Assembly: GCA_050273025.1 (NCBI GenBank)
Contig: CP158636.1
Span: 1,736,001 to 1,800,000 of the forward strand
Direction: 5' to 3'
Source of the DNA: Cenococcum geophilum
Lineage: Eukaryota
DNA: 64,000 bases
The position numbers and the translations under genes were made by a program. Numbering within the stretch: position 1 is the first letter of the stretch; each line of letters begins with the position of its first letter. Shown piece after piece: positions 62,658 to 64,000 of the stretch. The notes under the pieces are model-generated. The model made no database searches and was not told where the DNA came from. It saw only the letters and a list, made by a program, of their open reading frames with translations.

Positions 62658-64000
62658 TCAGACGTCTTCTTCTTGAATTCCAGGACTTCCCGGATTTGGC
62701 CATGTGTATCGGACCAGAGAATTTTGTCGTGAAGAATATCCAGATGTATGACGTGATGGTCCGCCGAAACTTTCTCGGTGTTCGCTAGTAGACACTGCCA
62801 TGATATTTGGCATCTCCACAGTACCCAGGGCGTAGCTGGGTACGCGTGGGACTTGAGGTTCTTCGTACAATGGAGCGGCCCAAGAATAGTCGCGAGAATA
62901 GGTAGAAGTAGTGTCCATGATCGAATGTCGTGTCGATGCACCATCCGAACCGCGACTCGAAGCACTTGTCCTCTTCACTTTCCATACGCCGGTCCTACCG
63001 TCGGGCGCCAACGTGCTTCCCGGGTACTTCAAACTATCGGCCAGCGTCCGTGCATCAGAAAAGATGTCGGTTTCGTACTCTTGGATGGTTTCCCGGCTTT
63101 CCACGGGATGCCCCGTAACCTTCTTGTTGTTCGGGGCGTAATCACCTGGTCCTTTAGCGCCGTCAGGCACGTGGAACCTGAGGTCAAAGCGCACCATAGC
63201 GTAAAAGATAACAACGAGTATCTCAACAAGGAAGTCAAAAACGTAAAAGCAGGTTTTGGAAAAATACCACGGCGACGGGTCCCTGATGGGAACAGGTGGG
63301 ACGTAGCCGGTTCCTGCACGGAAGGCAGCGCCAAGACTGAGGACTGTGGAAGCCATAAAAAGCATAGTGATATTAGATCGCATACGGCCCTCGCCAAATT
63401 TTTCTATGCCCCGACGTGGAATTGCGAGGCTAATGAGTATCAAGGAATTAGGACCGAAAGCGAAAGCAGCAAAGTAGGTGGACCCAGTGAGCTGAAGGTA
63501 GCGATCGATCCGGTGGATATTCTTGGAGAGCGTAAAGAACGATTGAAGCGCAGCGACAATAAGCATTATTAGACAAAGGATGAGGAGAAAAAGACCAGCA
63601 CGATGGAAAATCCTATAAGATGTTGACCACCCTAGCCGGGGGTGCAGCGCTCGAACGATTCGTTGTGCAAAGAACCAGTTCATGATGAAGAGGATTACCG
63701 TACCAACGTAGACAAAGATTTGCGCAGCAATTCCCAGGCTGACATTCCTTGGATAGCATGCCCATGCTATGCGGAGTGACATGGTGGCTATTCGAATTTT
63801 GCAAAATCCTTGGACAAGTTAGTGCCTGATCAATAGAAAGCAATTAGACAACTTACCGAACATCATGGCAGAGAATATGAACTTGTGGCCGCGTGCCTTG
63901 TTTTTCCTGAAAACCACAAAATGGATAATCCCAAAAATAACATAAAGAAGAAGAAAGACGCTGGTGATGGGTACATCAGGAATGACACTTGGGAGTCCAC
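62658..64000 (-). CDS. Fungal multi-pass membrane protein, DUF3112-like; exons >64000-63857 and 63808-62658; start lies beyond the window
   Basis: Open, un-RIPped frame. DVPITSVFLLLY..HF..FRKNKARGHKFIFSAMMF joins via a 48-bp intron (GTAAGT..CTAAC..AAG, 63856-63809) to GFCKIRIATMSLRIAWA..AAQIFV..AQRIVRALHP. Several hydrophobic helices. Family recognised from memory of the motif pattern. Confidence 0.88.

Noticed and set aside
62654..63843. Overlapping ORFs, including the 264-aa plus-strand ORF 62778-63572
   Set aside because: Shadow frames of the DUF3112-like gene with no recognisable motifs.

Overview
Filamentous-ascomycete (Pezizomycotina-type) genomic DNA. Bases 1-60998 are an AT-rich nest of transposons heavily mutated by RIP (TpA excess, CpA/TpG loss, stops throughout the reading frames). 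Target-site duplications let most of it be rebuilt. An outer Ty3/Gypsy chromovirus (1-~34934) holds a repeat-laden TIR element (3420-6038) and a second Gypsy (7201-33917). That second Gypsy holds an inverted same-family copy (7737-15671) and a Ty1/Copia (21380-32231), which holds a gag-only LTR element (24482-29220), which holds a CACTA-like element (26226-28957). Next come Gypsy and hAT fragments, then a head-to-tail array of four Crypton tyrosine-recombinase elements (36629-56777) integrated into a hAT transposase. One Crypton unit carries a Copia and one a MITE. The hAT also carries a small non-autonomous LTR element and truncates an un-RIPped HET-domain gene. A DUF3112-like membrane-protein gene ends the window. 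Most notable: the Crypton tandem array with a readable crossover site, one multi-minisatellite cassette carried by two unrelated TIR elements, and antisense intron-containing Zn2Cys6-like genes in two Gypsy families. All calls were read by eye; protein motifs in RIPped regions needed mental reversal of RIP changes, and internal coordinates are approximate.
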